Assembly: GCA_964016885.1 (NCBI GenBank)
Contig: OZ024744.1
Span: forward strand, 70,866,001 to 70,930,000
Origin: Eledone cirrhosa
Lineage: Eukaryota
Direction: 5' to 3'
Length of the DNA: 64,000 nucleotides
Every line of letters begins with the position of its first letter. Position 1 is the first letter of the stretch. Below are positions 50,546 to 64,000 of the stretch, one piece after another. The notes beneath the pieces are model-generated. The model searched no databases, was not told the origin of the DNA, and saw only the letters and a list, made by a program, of their open reading frames with translations. The position numbers were made by a program, and so were the translations under genes.

Positions 50546-50653
50546 TTTTTCCACCTGAAGTGTTGGTACTGAATCTCGTAGACTGTTAAAACTTTCTTTA
50601 ATGTGGTCTCTTCGTTTCCGTTCCAAAGCATTGTGATGAGCTCTTTTTTCAGC
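50546..50653 (-). CDS. MAX: MAX (Myc-associated factor X) internal bHLH exon
   Basis: 108-nt phase-0 exon after ttgcAG reads [36 protein letters not shown] (human [36 protein letters not shown]); GT donors after 50546 and 50540. Confidence 0.95.
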
Positions 50654-50944
50654 CTGCAATTAAATGAATAACATTGTCTGATTAATATCTGAGCAGCTAT
50701 ATTTTCACTTTTAATAAATAGAGAATAAATTAGATAGACATACAGACAGACACATGAATAGAGATAAAGTCTACAGACAGATAAATAGCTGGATAGACAA
50801 ATGGACAACTGAAAAAGAAGTTTGCTGTCTACCTAAATTTGTAATGGTTTCAATTATCCTTGCGCAAGCATTACTGAAAGTCAAGACAGAATACATACTG
50901 TTATATATATATATTGCTGATATGTATCACCATGTTATGTATAT

Positions 50945-53900
50945 ATCATCATCATCATTTTATGTCCGCTTTTCCCTGCTTGCAAGGGTGGGACAGGTCC
51001 TATTCAGCACAGCATCTCTCCACTTGTCACGGTCCTTCGTCATCTCCACCGTGAGCTTCAGCGATCTGAGGTCTGCTCTCAGCACCTCCGCCCATGTTTT
51101 TCGTGGTCTTCCTCTACTGCGCCTTCTTTCAACTGACATTTCTTTACCCAGCGGTCATCCTCCATGCGCATCACATATCCATACCATCGCATTCTTCTCT
51201 CCTGCACACTACAACTTCTCCCTCTTAAACACAGTTTCTCTCCATTGGAGCATGCTTGCCTCATTTCTTTCCAGCCATTGCATATCCTCTGCAGTTGCTG
51301 CCCATGTCTTACTACCATGCAGCATTACGCACCTCACAGTCATCATATAACCCTTCTTCATCAGCAGAGGAGGCAGCTCCCTAAACTTCTTCCAACCCGT
51401 CCTTATTCTAGATACTATGGCCTTGGAACACCCCCTCCCATGCTAATCTGATCACCTAGGTACCTGAAGCTATCAACCACTTCTATAGAACCCACCGGCA
51501 TTTGAAAAATGTGTCTATCAATGCGACTTCTACTGGCAAATTTCCCTGTACATCTACTGCATACATATTTTTCCCTACCTGTTAGTTTGTCTGCTATCTC
51601 ACTACATCTCCTGTGTACATTTTATAGAATTTATGCCAGTTCCTTTTCTGCATATCGAACATGGCCATTTCCCTGACGGAATCAGAGTTTTGTCCTCTTT
51701 TCTACTCAAACACTTTTGTCTTAGCTAGGTTCACTTTCAGTCCTCTTAATTCCAACTGCTGTTTCCATAGCCAGAATTTATTCTCTAGCTCCTCTACTGA
51801 TTCTGCTATAAGAACCAGATCGTCAGCATAGAGAAGTTCCCATGGACAGCCAGTCTTAAACTCCTCTATTATGGCTTAGAGGACTATAATGAACAAGAGC
51901 GGACTGAGGACCGAACCCTGATGTACTCCTACTTGTATCTGGAAGTCCTCACAAACTCCATTCCTACCCTCACTTTACTGACAGCACCTCTGTACAAAGC
52001 TTGCACTGTCCTCACAAGCCATTCTTCAACACCTAGTTTCCTTAGGGACCACCAGATGACAGATCGGGGTACCCTATCAAAGGCCTTCTCTAGGTCAACA
52101 AAAGCTAAGTATAGTGGCTTATTCTTCTCTAAGAACCTCTCTTGTAGTTGTCTTACTAAGAAGAGGGCATCTGTTGTACTTTTCGCAGGCACAAAACCAA
52201 ACTCATCTAATTTGACCCTTTCTCTAATCAGTTGCGCTAATATTCTCTTTGCCACTTTCATAACCTGATCCATCAGCTTTATGCCCCTATAATTGCTCAT
52301 CTCCAGAGCATCCCCTTTACCTTTGTAGCATTTTATGAGAATACTGCTGCACCAGTCTTTGGGTATGACACCGCCATATATAGCCTGATTGATGATGTGT
52401 GCAACTTGTTTAGTGCCTACGTCCCGATGCCTTCAGCATCTCAGCAACTATCCCCGATAGTCCAGCGGCCTTACCATTTTTCATTTCCTTAATCGCCTCT
52501 TGGACCCTATATTCGTCAATCTCAATAGTTGTCCCTCTGTCGGATCTACTGAGGGTAATTTCTCTCTCCCATTCATTCTCCACATTCATCAGTCTCTCAT
52601 GACATTTCCAGGCCTCCTTTTTCTGATCATTCATGACACTAAGTACACCGGCATCATTCCGGACACACTTACCTCCAACAACATCCTGATTTGCACGGAC
52701 ACACTGCTTTGCAATGCGGAACACCGCACGCCTCTGATCTTCCCATCGCAGAACATTGGCAAACCTCCTACTTTCAGCCTCCCTGCGTGCTAAGTACACC
52801 TGATGTCTAGCTTCTCAGCGGCTGTGAATCCTTCTCTACACCCAATTTTTCCATTTTTCAAGCGTTCCATGCTAGTCTTTTGTCTCTAATGGCCCTATCT
52901 ACCGTGCTGTTCCACCACCAGGTCACTGTCTGGTTGAAGCTCTGCTCCAGCCACAAGTTTCTTCAGTAGCCTGCAGTAAGTTGTCACGTAAGAAATTCCA
53001 GTTATCATCTATGTCATATGACTCTAAACCGTCTTCTTTTTTATCATACACATCTTGAAGGGCTTTCTTAAATTTATATTTTAGTGAAAGGTCTTTTAGA
53101 TTCCCGACCTTTCTTTTCCACACCTTCCTGTATGTCTCATTCCGTCTCTTGCTTACTGCGATATCACTAACGACTAACCTATGCTGTGGGGTACATTCAT
53201 CTCCGGGGTATGCCTTGATATTTGACACCATCTGTCTGTCTCACTGCCTAACTAGCAAGAAGTCAATCTGGCTTATGTGCTCGCCTGATTTGTAGGTTAT
53301 TAGGTGGTTGGCAGGTTTCTGCAAGTTAGTGTTGCAAATGGTCAGTGTACTTGCATCACAAAAATCTCACTCCTTCTTCATTTCTTGAGCCATAACCGTG
53401 CTCACCATGTACTCCAGTGTATCCATCCTGGAGCTGTCCAACATGACCATTGAAGTCCCCTGCTAGCATAACGATGTCTCCATCCTCCGTCATTGCGGCT
53501 GTTTGTAAAAGTTGCTCTTCTTTACCTAGGCCTGCCTGGGGGAGCATAGGCAGAGATGATTGTCAGCAGTCTCTTGCCTTCAACTAATCTAAGCTTAACT
53601 ATTCTATTACTAACTCTAACTACCTCTATTGTCTTATCGATCCATCTCTCAGCCAGTAAAATGCCTACCCCACCTAACCCATCATCCTTACCCACCCAGA
53701 GAAGCTTATAATTAAGATGTTTGCCTGTGATTAGTCTTGCAGAGGCACCTCTCCATCTTACCTCTTGCACGCAGCACACATCCACATGTCTTCTCTTCAG
53801 CATCTCCACTATCTCACCAGATCTACATGTTAGAGTGCCAACATTAAGTGTGGCAACTCTGAGACGAGACGTCTTCATATTCTTGTTCTTTTTCCTGTAG

Positions 53901-53990
53901 TGCGATTGTTTGATGACGGTCGAGGGGTTCTTGCACATGGCCGCACCAGCCACCCCACTACCGAGCGCAGCCCTAACATGGTTAGTGTTA
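50945..53990 (-). mobile_element. Near full-length decayed RTE-clade LINE (APE + RT), intronic to MAX
   Basis: RVATLNVGTL, VQEVRW, GDFNGHVG, NYRGIKL, FVDLEKAFD, QGSVLSPLLF, YADDL; (TGA)n tail; multiple stops and frameshifts. Confidence 0.93.
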
Positions 53991-54099
53991 TTGCTGTTTA
54001 CGCAGTTGTTATATATATATATAAAATGGTGATACATACACCCAACACACACGTGTGTTGGGTGTATGTATCAACATTATTTAGCATCCACATCTCATT

Positions 54100-55830
54100 C
54101 ATATATGGTTCAGTTTTGGCATGGTTTCTACAGCTGTTCTTAACATGAACCACTTTACAAGGGTTAGTGGCTGCATTTTATCAAGGCACTAGCACTAGAG
54201 GTTGTCTTGTAATTAAAACAACTGAAAAGTTACCTCAAACCTTTGTTTGGCATGATTTCTATAATTGGATACCCTTCCTAACACCAACCACTTTTCAGAA
54301 TGTACTGGGTGCATTTTATCATAGCACCAGTACTAAAAATATGTTGATATTAAATTAAATAACAGACAAGCACACATTAAACATGCATAACTGATGAGCT
54401 CTATTTCAGTTTTGTGTGTGGTGTGGTGTGGTGTGTGTGTGTGTGCATGCGTGCGTGTGTATGGTGTTGTGTAGTCTTCTCCCAAACAACAAATATTCTC
54501 AATCTTAACCCTTTGTCACATTTTCAATGAAAGACACTGCATGATTATCAAACATTTTTGAAAATAATCAAGAATTTGGAGATTGAGATTCAGTAATACA
54601 ACCAACCCTCCCCTCCCACTACAATGATTCCCCCATAAAATCATGATGAAAGGCCATTAACTCTTTCATTTCCGTATTTCTAATAAATTACATTGTATTT
54701 GGATTACTTACTGAAAAATCACAACAAAAAGTTCTTATATTAAATTATATTGAATGTTTTTAATTTTATATCAGAACCATTTAAAATGGGTGACTTCCTT
54801 CCATAGAAGGGTTAAATAAATCAAACAACAATTTGATAGTATGGATGTGACAAAAAGTGTTTAATCCACACTGTAAAGTAGTCATGTAGGTGTCATGACA
54901 AAAAGCGTCCAGCCTAAAGTGGTCATTTTTGTGCCTCAATAAAAAGCTCCCAGTACACACTGTAAATGTAGTTGGCATTTGAATGGGCATCTAGCTGTGG
55001 AAACCAAGACAAAATCAGTTCTGTATTAACAAGACATGATTACCTGACCTGGCATTTCTCACAACAGGACGACTATGCTGGTTTTAAGCTGAGGCAGGGA
55101 TATCCTCATCATGATCATTTAATGGCCTGTTTTCCCTGCTAGCAAGTGTTGGACGAGTCATTGCAGATCAAGTCAGTACCTCATTGTACAGAGTGGGTCT
55201 TGTATTTTATCATGGTACCAGCAATATGGAGTGTACCATGTCTTTGACACAACAGAAGAGATCTCTCTACCCATGACTGGATGCCTTTCTTATCACCAAC
55301 CACTTTACAGAGTGTACTCGGTGTATTTTATCATGTGACCAACACCAGAAAGTCCGTTTTGTCTCTTGACACAACTGAAGAGTCTTCTCGTGCCTCTTTT
55401 GGAAGGGTTTCTTCAGCTGAATGCCCTTCCTACCACCAACCACATTACAGAGTGTACTAGGTGCATTTAATTATGCCATTAACACAAGAGAGTTTGTTGT
55501 GTCCTTGACACAATTGAAGAGTTCTCCCATAGTAATAAAAAAAATATCAGGCAGAAGTAGAAACATCAGTATCCATATTGCAGTTGTGCTAGCATCTATA
55601 ATCATTTTATGTCTACTTTCCAGGCTGACATGAATTAAATGGCTAATCACAATCTGGGAGTAGATGGATTGGAGAACAAAACGTTGCTCGTATGTTCAGT
55701 AGTTTGGCATGGTTTCTATGGCTGTAGGTTTATCTTAACATCAACCACTTTGCAGAGTGTACTTGTTGCATTTTATTGTAGCACCAAGACCAGCATTTTC
55801 CAGGGTGTAATGGGTACATTTTATATACAT
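54100..55830. repeat. Array of decayed SINE-body repeats
   Basis: Recurrent ccaaccactttacagagtgtactgggtgc motif, about 8 copies. Confidence 0.65.
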
Positions 55831-55949
55831 ATACATGTGTATGTATAACTCATACTAGAATGGAAAAATCGGTGTTAAACAGTGATATATATATATACAT
55901 ATATACACACATAACGTATACATGCATACATACACACACATTTAGAAAC

Positions 55950-57110
55950 AGCAGCTAGAATGAAGATGTGATATATCTCGACATTGTGAAGGCATTCAAC
56001 AAGGTTGATCATAGAATGATATGTCACAAACTATGTAGCTCTGGCATAGCTAGAAAACTAGGTGAATGGCTTCATAACTTCTTAAAAGATAGAAACAAGA
56101 CTGTTACAGCTAATGGGACCTCCTCAAAGAAAACATCAATAACAAGTGGCGTGCCCCAGGGAACTGTTTGTGGTGGCTCTCTCAGACATGCCCTCTGTAA
56201 TACAGACAGCATCCCTCACTAGCTATGCTGATGACACAAAAGTAGCACAGGCAATCAAGAAACTGGTTGATGCTACTCTCTTACATTATTCAGATGGCAT
56301 ATACACATGGGCTGAGGATAAGAATATGCAATTTAATTACAGAAAATGTCGAGCCCTCCTGCTATCAACCTGTAAACATAGGGTCACTACAACAAAGCCA
56401 CACCGGACCAGGAGGAATCGAAATCCTAAAGTCAAAATCAATATGGGACCTGGATATTGACACGAGCAATGAGGCATCGTTTCATGCACACGTCTCCAAA
56501 ATAACGGCAATATGTAGACGACTAGCAGGTTGTGGTTCTCTGGAAGACTTTTGTCCTCAGTCAACTGGATTATTGCTCTCAGCTGTGGTTGACTCACAGT
56601 ATCAAACTAACTGCAGAACTTGAAGCTGAAGCAATCTAATGAAGCTACACTAAGAGGAATGCCTCAATAAAGGAGATGAGCTACTTGGGAGAAGCCGAAA
56701 AAAACTAAAGCTCTACTTCCATGAGCGAAGACCAGGCAGATACACATTAATATGTGTATGGAAGATCCTGGAGGGCTAGCACCAAACTTCGGCATTGAGA
56801 GTTGGACCAACCCATGAGCAGGACACCAATGTCTGGTGCCAAAGGTCCACTGTAATAACTCTTTAATTAAGCTACCATAAAATCTAAGAGACCCTGGTCT
56901 GCATGTAGATGTTAAAGAAATATCTCGACATTCTGCTAACCAAGGTCCTGGATGAACCCAGAGCACGAAAAGCACAAATAACAGCAGCGGCAGCAGCAAC
57001 AAGCACCCACTTACATCAATGGCCAACCAAGGAAGGCTGGCTATGGGAAGTGTAGTCTCAATGGTGGTGCCTCAGCATGGCCTCAGCCAGTCAGCTGGAA
57101 CATGTAAAAG
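55950..57110 (+). mobile_element. 5'-truncated CR1/L2-group LINE
   Basis: VIYLDIVKAFNKVDH, GVPQGTV, YADDTK, MQFN; 3' end ggtgcc.cagcatggcctcagcc also present alone at 36121-36180. Confidence 0.85.
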
Positions 57111-57146
57111 TATATATACATACACAAACACATATATATGCATATA

Positions 57147-57482
57147 TGGAGGCACATGGCTTAGTGGTTAAAGCATTGGCCTTGCAATCGAAAGGTTGTG
57201 AGTTCAATTCTCAGACCGCGTGATGTGTTGTTTCCTTGAGCAAGACACTTTATTTCACATTGCTCCAGTTTACTCAGCTGTAGAAATGAGATGATAGGGA
57301 CTGGGGTCCATATCATTCCACTGCAAAGTGGTCATGGAGGTGCCACGGCAAAAAAGCACCCAGCACTCACTGTAAATGAGATTGGTGTTAGGAAGGGCAT
57401 CCAGCTGTAGAAATCAAGCCAGAATCAGTTCCCGTCCCACCCTTGCAAGCAGGGAAAAAGCGGACTAAAATGAAATGATGAT
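57147..57482 (+). mobile_element. Full-length tRNA/CORE-like SINE with RTE-derived tail (copy 59345-59686, minus)
   Basis: A box tggcttagtgg, B box gttcaattc, ccttgagcaagacactt, tail gtcccacccttgcaagcagggaaaa..(tga)n. Confidence 0.88.
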
Positions 57483-57752
57483 GAAATGATGTTATACATA
57501 TATGTACAGGTAAAACAGTTATGGAAAGTATATGTGTTTGTAAGTGCATGTACGTCTGAGTTTGTGTTAACTATTTCCTTATATCCCATAACTTTGAGGC
57601 TTGACAAAATTAAAGAGATCAATAAATAAGTAACAGACTTGGAAAAAATATGTACTGGGAATTGATATGATCGACATAACTCCTTTGAGGCAGCTTCCCC
57701 AGCATTGACATGGGCTAGTGACTGAAATCGATAAAAGAAAATGTAAATATAG

Positions 57753-58015
57753 CATTGTTATATTTGGGGAGAGTCATGTCCTACTATTGCCAGAAAAATA
57801 TAGTAAAACACACTGTTTGGTTTGGTTTTCGCTTTGGTATGTTTTTATATTTCTATAAACAATTTAACTGGCAATCAATGTTTATCACTGGTTGACCAAC
57901 AATTTAAAAATATAAATATAAATATAGTTTCTCAAAGTTCTTTCATCACACATATCTGTGACATCCTCAGTGATCATCATGTTTCCACGTTTCCTCCCAT
58001 TGTGTTCCTATAGTG
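57753..58015 (-). mobile_element. Solo pLTR related to the 13333-15595 PLE, with HHR at ~57930-57975
   Basis: Begins attgttatatttggggag; reverse complement tca-CTGAGGA-tgtcaca.gatatg.tgtgat-GAAA-gaac-TT-tga. Confidence 0.75.
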
Positions 58016-61000
58016 TTTTTTTTTTTTTATTTTAAATATAGCAAACTTCTATTTAGTCTAAAAGCTTATAAACCAACCCTTCAAAAACACAACCACACAC
58101 ACATACACCAAATTAACATGCAACATAAAATCTAGAGAGAAAACAAAAAGTAAAGGATTTGCCGTAAGTAGCAGCTACAGAAGAATGCTTGGATGTGTAA
58201 TAATTATCTTAGGAGAAACATTTGGTAAGGACAAAGTTGATAAGACTGACAGGTAGTTAATAAGCATCATGACATACATGTTTATATGACAACAAATTCT
58301 TGATCATGTTGATCATGCCTTGATCAATATAAATTTATTGTTGTTGATTATGCACATGCCTGTGTAGTTTTAACCCTTTAACCATTTACATTACTCAATA
58401 TTTACTATTGCATTTTCACAGAAAACATTTTATTTCACATAATTATCTCACAAAATATTGAATCTACAAGATCACTATATTATTTATTTCTAGAACAATA
58501 CCTTAACCTCAGTATGAGCAGCAAGTTTCACCCAATTCGAACAGAAAGAGGTGAGAGAATTCTGGCCAGATATGGCTGGTTTAAATGCTAAAGGCTTAAG
58601 GGGTGAAAGGCAAAGCTGACTGTAGCAGGATTTGAACTCAGAGCACAGAGAGAACAAGAATAAACACTGCAAGACTTTTTCTCTAAGCTTGCTATAACAA
58701 CTCTGCTAATGCGAACTCTCATACACTCTATAATTGGTTTGACCAACACTAAACCTTAACAGGTGAGAGAGACAGGGAGAGAAGGGGGGGGGGAGTAATA
58801 CCAAGCAAAGGAGAGGTAGAGAAATCCATGATAATTAGATAATGCTATGGTTACAGTTCGATAAATGACAAGATTAGAAAAAGGAAAGTAAACTGTGGAG
58901 CTGCTAACATCTTAACAACATCAGAGCTAAACACTCAAGATGCCTTCCATTTAAAGAATTTCAAAAAAGTACAAAAATAAAAATGTAGCAGAAAAACCAG
59001 GATTAAATAACAACTACATTCACTTTCCCCACACTGTTATACATGCATTGAATGAGATTCTTATTAACTCTTTATCATTTACATTGCTCTATATTTACTA
59101 TTAATTGAGAACAATACCTTAACATAAGTATGAGTAGCAGGTTATGGCTGGTTTAATCCTTTAGCATTTAAACCGGCTGTATCCAGCCAGAATTCCACCG
59201 CTTTCTGTTCAATCCAGCTGTAACAGGCCACTGATACTGATGTTAGCGCATTGTTCTCAAAATAAATAATATCAAAATCTCATAGATTCAATATTATGTG
59301 AGGTAAAGCCTTTACCTTGAAAATATAACAGTAAATAGAGAGTAATCATCATCATCATCATCATTTTCATTTTACGTCCGCTTTTTCTCTGCTTGCAAGG
59401 GTGGGACGGGAACTGATTCTGGCTTGATTTCTACAGCTGGATGCCCTTCCTAACACCAACCTCATTTACAGTGAGTGCTGGGTGCTCTTTTACCGTGGCA
59501 CCTCCACGACCACTTTGCAGTGGAATGATAGAGACCCCAGTCCCTCTCATCTCATTTCTACAGCTGAGTAAACTGGAGCAATGTGAAATAAAGTGTCTTG
59601 CTCAAGGACACAACACATCACCCAGTCTGAGAATTGAACTCACAACCTTTCGATTGCAAGGCCAATGCTCTAACCACTAAGCCATGTAAATGCTAAAGGG
59701 TTAAACAGAAAGAGGTGGGAGAATTCTGGCTGGATATAGGCAGCTGGTTTAAATGCTAAGGGGTTAAACTGTTTTGGTGAAATAACTATATATATACTAT
59801 TATATATATATACTATTATTATTTACAAACAAACTGAGCATTATAATAAATGCTCGGTAAAACCATACGTACATATATATGTGTGCATGTATGTATATAT
59901 ATACATACTACTGTACGTCTGTATACATATATGTATGTACGTATACATACTTATATTTATACTATTATATTTTCACGGTAAAGTATTGTATTTTCACATA
60001 ATATCAAATCTATGTATTTTTATAATATTTATTTTGAGAACAATACCTTAACATAAGTATGAGTAGCAGCTTATGGCTGGTTTAATCCTTTAGCATTTAA
60101 ACCGGCTGTATCCAGCCAGAATATATACCAGTTTAAACAGAAAGAGGTGGGAGAATTCTGTCCGGATATGGCCGGTTTAAATGCTAAAGGGTTAAGGCAG
60201 AATTCTCAAGCCCCTTTTTTATGTTGATCTATACATATGTGTGTCTAACATTATTAATCCTGCATTGGCAGTATCGGTAGAGGTTCAGACGCCATGCTTT
60301 GATGCATAGAGTTACGGCCCTTGCCATTCTGAGTTCAAATCCCGCCGAGGTTAACTTTGCCTTTCATCCTTACGGGGTCGATAAAATAAAGTACCAGTAA
60401 TGCACTGGGTAATTGCTGGCCTTGTGCCAAAAGTAGAAACAATTATTAATCCTGCATCACTTAATTCGATTTTGCAATAACTGTATATACATGAGTATAT
60501 ATAAGCCGAGGAATATGTGACCTCCCAAAAAAAATTGATGGAAAATGGGGAGTGGGGTCGGCTTATATATGCCATCTAAATGATGTGCTGACATATAACA
60601 AATGTTGATACTTTGTACACACGTACACCGTTCCACAAATGAGAGTAAATGAATATATGTATGTATGGGTAGAATTGGTTTTTTAAATCAGACAGAGCCC
60701 AACTCCTCTCCAGGTTTGAACACAGCAGATTTCTTCCAAAATGGATAGAAAGTGAGGGAAAGGAAGTGAGAAAGAGGTTTAGTAAAAGAATTTACCTCAA
60801 TACTAGACTGGGACTTTTTTTTTTTTATCAACATCGTAAGTGGGATTTGAACAGGGAGCATAGAGCCAGGACTGCCAATTTGCTGACTTTATGGATGGGA
60901 AGAGGTTTTGCATATTCCATACTGATGGGTGCAAAATATTTTCACAGCTGGTCACTCCCTCATCTTACCACTAATGATGCAAACCGTGTAACACTGTAAC

Positions 61001-61305
61001 CTGTTGCCGACCACACACACACTGAGGTAGACAGACACACAAAGAAAGTTTGTGTGACTTGACCGAAGACCGAAATACCAGTAGTCCCCTGCATTTCAAT
61101 CTACTGATACATAACAAACAACCTGCTGACAAACTAGCAAAAATTATAAGTGCATTACTGGTACTTTATTTTATCGACCCCGTAAGGATGAAAGGCAAAG
61201 TTAACCTCGGCGGGATTTGAACTCAGAACGTAAAAGACCGTAATACTTAGTTATGTTGCAAAGCATGGTGTCTGACTATCTACTGATACTGCCAATCCAC
61301 CACCC

Positions 61306-61346
<41 letters not shown>

Positions 61347-61814
61347 TGTTTTTACTTTTGGCACAAGGCCAGCAATTACCCTAGTGCATTACTGGTACTT
61401 TAGTTTATCGACCATGTAAGAATGAATGGCAAATTTAATCTCGGCGGAATTTGAACTCAGAATGGCAAGAATGATTACAATCCAGTATTAAGACACATAA
61501 ATAAATAAAAGGAAACATCGACGAGGCTAAAGTTACCACGAAAGGAGAAAACATTTTTAAAGTAAAGCTAAAAACTATACGATATGTACTGAAATGTAGG
61601 GCTAAATGTTTCACATCGCATTAGTTCCATATTTACGATAGATATATAAACAAAAAAAAAAAAAAAAAGAATATGAATTAATGACGAAAAATACACGAGT
61701 TAGACGTAAACAAAGGAAGAAGAAAGGAGATTAGATGTCAGAACAATGATCCTAACAGATGAGATAACAGACGATGACTAGCCCGGGTGGGGAGATGAAC
61801 AAGGTAAATGATTA

Positions 61815-61846
<32 letters not shown>

Positions 61847-64000
61847 AAACCGCCACTGGGTCGATATTTCATAGCCCTCCATTTCAGGTGTTAAAGAAAA
61901 TATACATATTTAAAAAAATATATAGATAGATACACCATCATGCAGTCTATTTTGGTTTTCATTTGGAAAATAGGACGAACAGGAGGGTGGATGGGTGGAG
62001 TGAATGACCCGGGCCTGACTGAACACATGTCAGCATAGCAACAAGAGCTAAGGGAGATAACATGCACACCAGCATTAATAGCGCATATGAGAGGGGGAGA
62101 GAGCGAGAGTTGAGAGAGAGAGAGAGAATGTGCACGAAGTGGGAGGGAAGTATTTCGTTCTTAACGTCATCAACAGAATCAAAGATAATCGTTTTGAATG
62201 GTGATGATGAATTAATTCAGTCGGGGGTGGCGGTTCTTCGTCACCTAGTATGAAGCTGGAGGAGAGGAGGCACCGAATGGCACTCTCCCATCCCTACTTT
62301 TCAACGGAACACCCTCGGATTTAGAATATTTACAGCGATATGCATATTCCGTTAACTCCACCTTAGAATTATTACGAATTAAAGCGCTCACCTAAAATGT
62401 TCCGAAGACCCCCCCCCCCCACACACACACACACTTTCTTTCCACCTTAGTTTATAAAGACATTCTAGTCATGACCATCCTGTCCTTTTCGTATATTATT
62501 GACTAATGTGTTATCACAGTGTGTCATTTGAGAGGAAATTTGGTTACTATTACTAGCGGGTTCAGCGACCATGTACAGGCTACTCCTTCCTTGGTTCGAG
62601 AATAAAATCATTAGATTTGATCTTCACATTTAAATGTAAAAAAAAAAAAAAAAGAGAATAAATAAGATATGAGGTGCAATCCCCTATCGTCTCCTAAACA
62701 ATTGTTTCTACTTCTGGCACAAGGCCAGCAATTATCCCAGTGCATTACTGGTGCTTTATTTTATCAACCCCATAAGGATGAAAGGCAAAACTAACCTCGG
62801 CAGTATTTGAACTCAGAACGTGAAGGCCACAGCTAAGCATGGTGTCTGGCGCTCTACCGGTAATAATACCGGAATATTAATTAGTACGATAACTATTATT
62901 CTTATATTTTTATATCCCATCCCTTTTCATAAAATGGTTACTACAGTAACTTGCCCTCTTTTTTTTTTTTTTTTTTTGCCATTCACAACACTCCAACAAA
63001 ACATTTTAACCCATTCACCAATTTCTTTATGTCTCAAAAATAAAAAAGTTCTAGTATTTTAACCCCGAAACAAAATCAGCTCTGGGACTATGAAAAAAAA
63101 AAGAAAAGAAAAAAGAAAAAACACCACCCATTTTAAAGGGTTCCTATTTAAATTAATATTTTCCGGCATGATTTTATTAAGTTATGTTGTTATAAATACC
63201 ATCTTAGTTATGAAATAGTTACTAAATTTTAAAAGTACTTCCAAAGTTTTTTTTATTTTTATTAATACAAATGAAGTGTATTTCATTATAAACATGATAA
63301 CGAAAGGGTTAATAAGGAAGATACAAACATGCCAACCTCTAAAAACCCAAACAGGGAATACCATGAAAAAAAAGTCCCCCCAAAACGGGGAGATTTTACA
63401 TAATGAAAGCTATAACCATTTTCTCATGAGAAAACATCTCTCACCCACCCCCAAAGTGGGTGGGAGATCTCCTCGTCGGACGGGGAGAGTTGACAGGTCT
63501 GAAGTTATTAACGAAAGTGTATTTTAAAGTAATTGTTTCTACTTTAGGCACAAGGCCAGCAATTACCCAGTGCATTACTGGTACTTTATTTTATCGACCC
63601 CGTAAGGATGAAAGGCAAAGTCAACCTCGGCGGGATTTGAACTCAGATCGTATTTTAAAGTAATAGAATCTTGTGACAACATTGGACGATACAAAAACTA
63701 AAATAAAAGAACTTGGTCAGTCAGAAATTTAGATGAATTTGCCATTTACACTCTACAGTCTTTATCACATTTTTCTGTTAAGCTTAATAAACTTATCGCA
63801 TTATTTTCCCTTCGTTAATACAATTCTGACAAATACGATTAGGATTAATAAATTTTAGAGTGATAAAACAAGAGATATAAATGATACCTGAACAATCATC
63901 ACTATTGAAATATTGATTTCTATTGATAAAGGATATTTATATCTACCTTCATTGTTTACCTTCATTAGAGACTTTAAACCTATTGATATCAAACGCTCTG

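Noticed and set aside
50542-50808. Listed 88-aa ORF over the MAX exon
   Set aside because: Wrong frame; the true product is the spliced bHLH exon
57147-57220. tRNA genes
   Set aside because: A/B boxes belong to multi-copy SINE heads; no full cloverleaf
60975-62300. Possible upstream MAX exons
   Set aside because: Splice-like signals exist but no MSDDD/acidic N-terminal translation was found

Overview
Eukaryotic, very repeat-rich genomic DNA. The SINE families and the (TA)n/(CA)n density point to an octopod cephalopod (inference). The only host coding exon I could identify is the 108-nt bHLH exon of MAX on the minus strand (50546-50653, [36 protein letters not shown]). Almost all listed ORFs are microsatellite artefacts. 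Left of a 200-N gap (47148-47347), (TA)n tracts hold three Penelope-like elements (PLEs) with RT and/or GIY-YIG remnants and dozens of 60-600 bp non-coding inserts. Many of these inserts are fold-back (inverted-repeat) units with one unpaired tail, and most carry a minimal type I hammerhead ribozyme (HHR) motif, usually with a palindromic stem III. I read more than 20 such motifs by eye in about 10 families, including non-canonical cores. Right of the gap are a near full-length RTE LINE with a PHD-like finger inside its RT, its tail-sharing SINE, a CR1 fragment, piggyBac-like MITEs and tRNA-derived SINEs. All structures were read by eye and boundaries are approximate.
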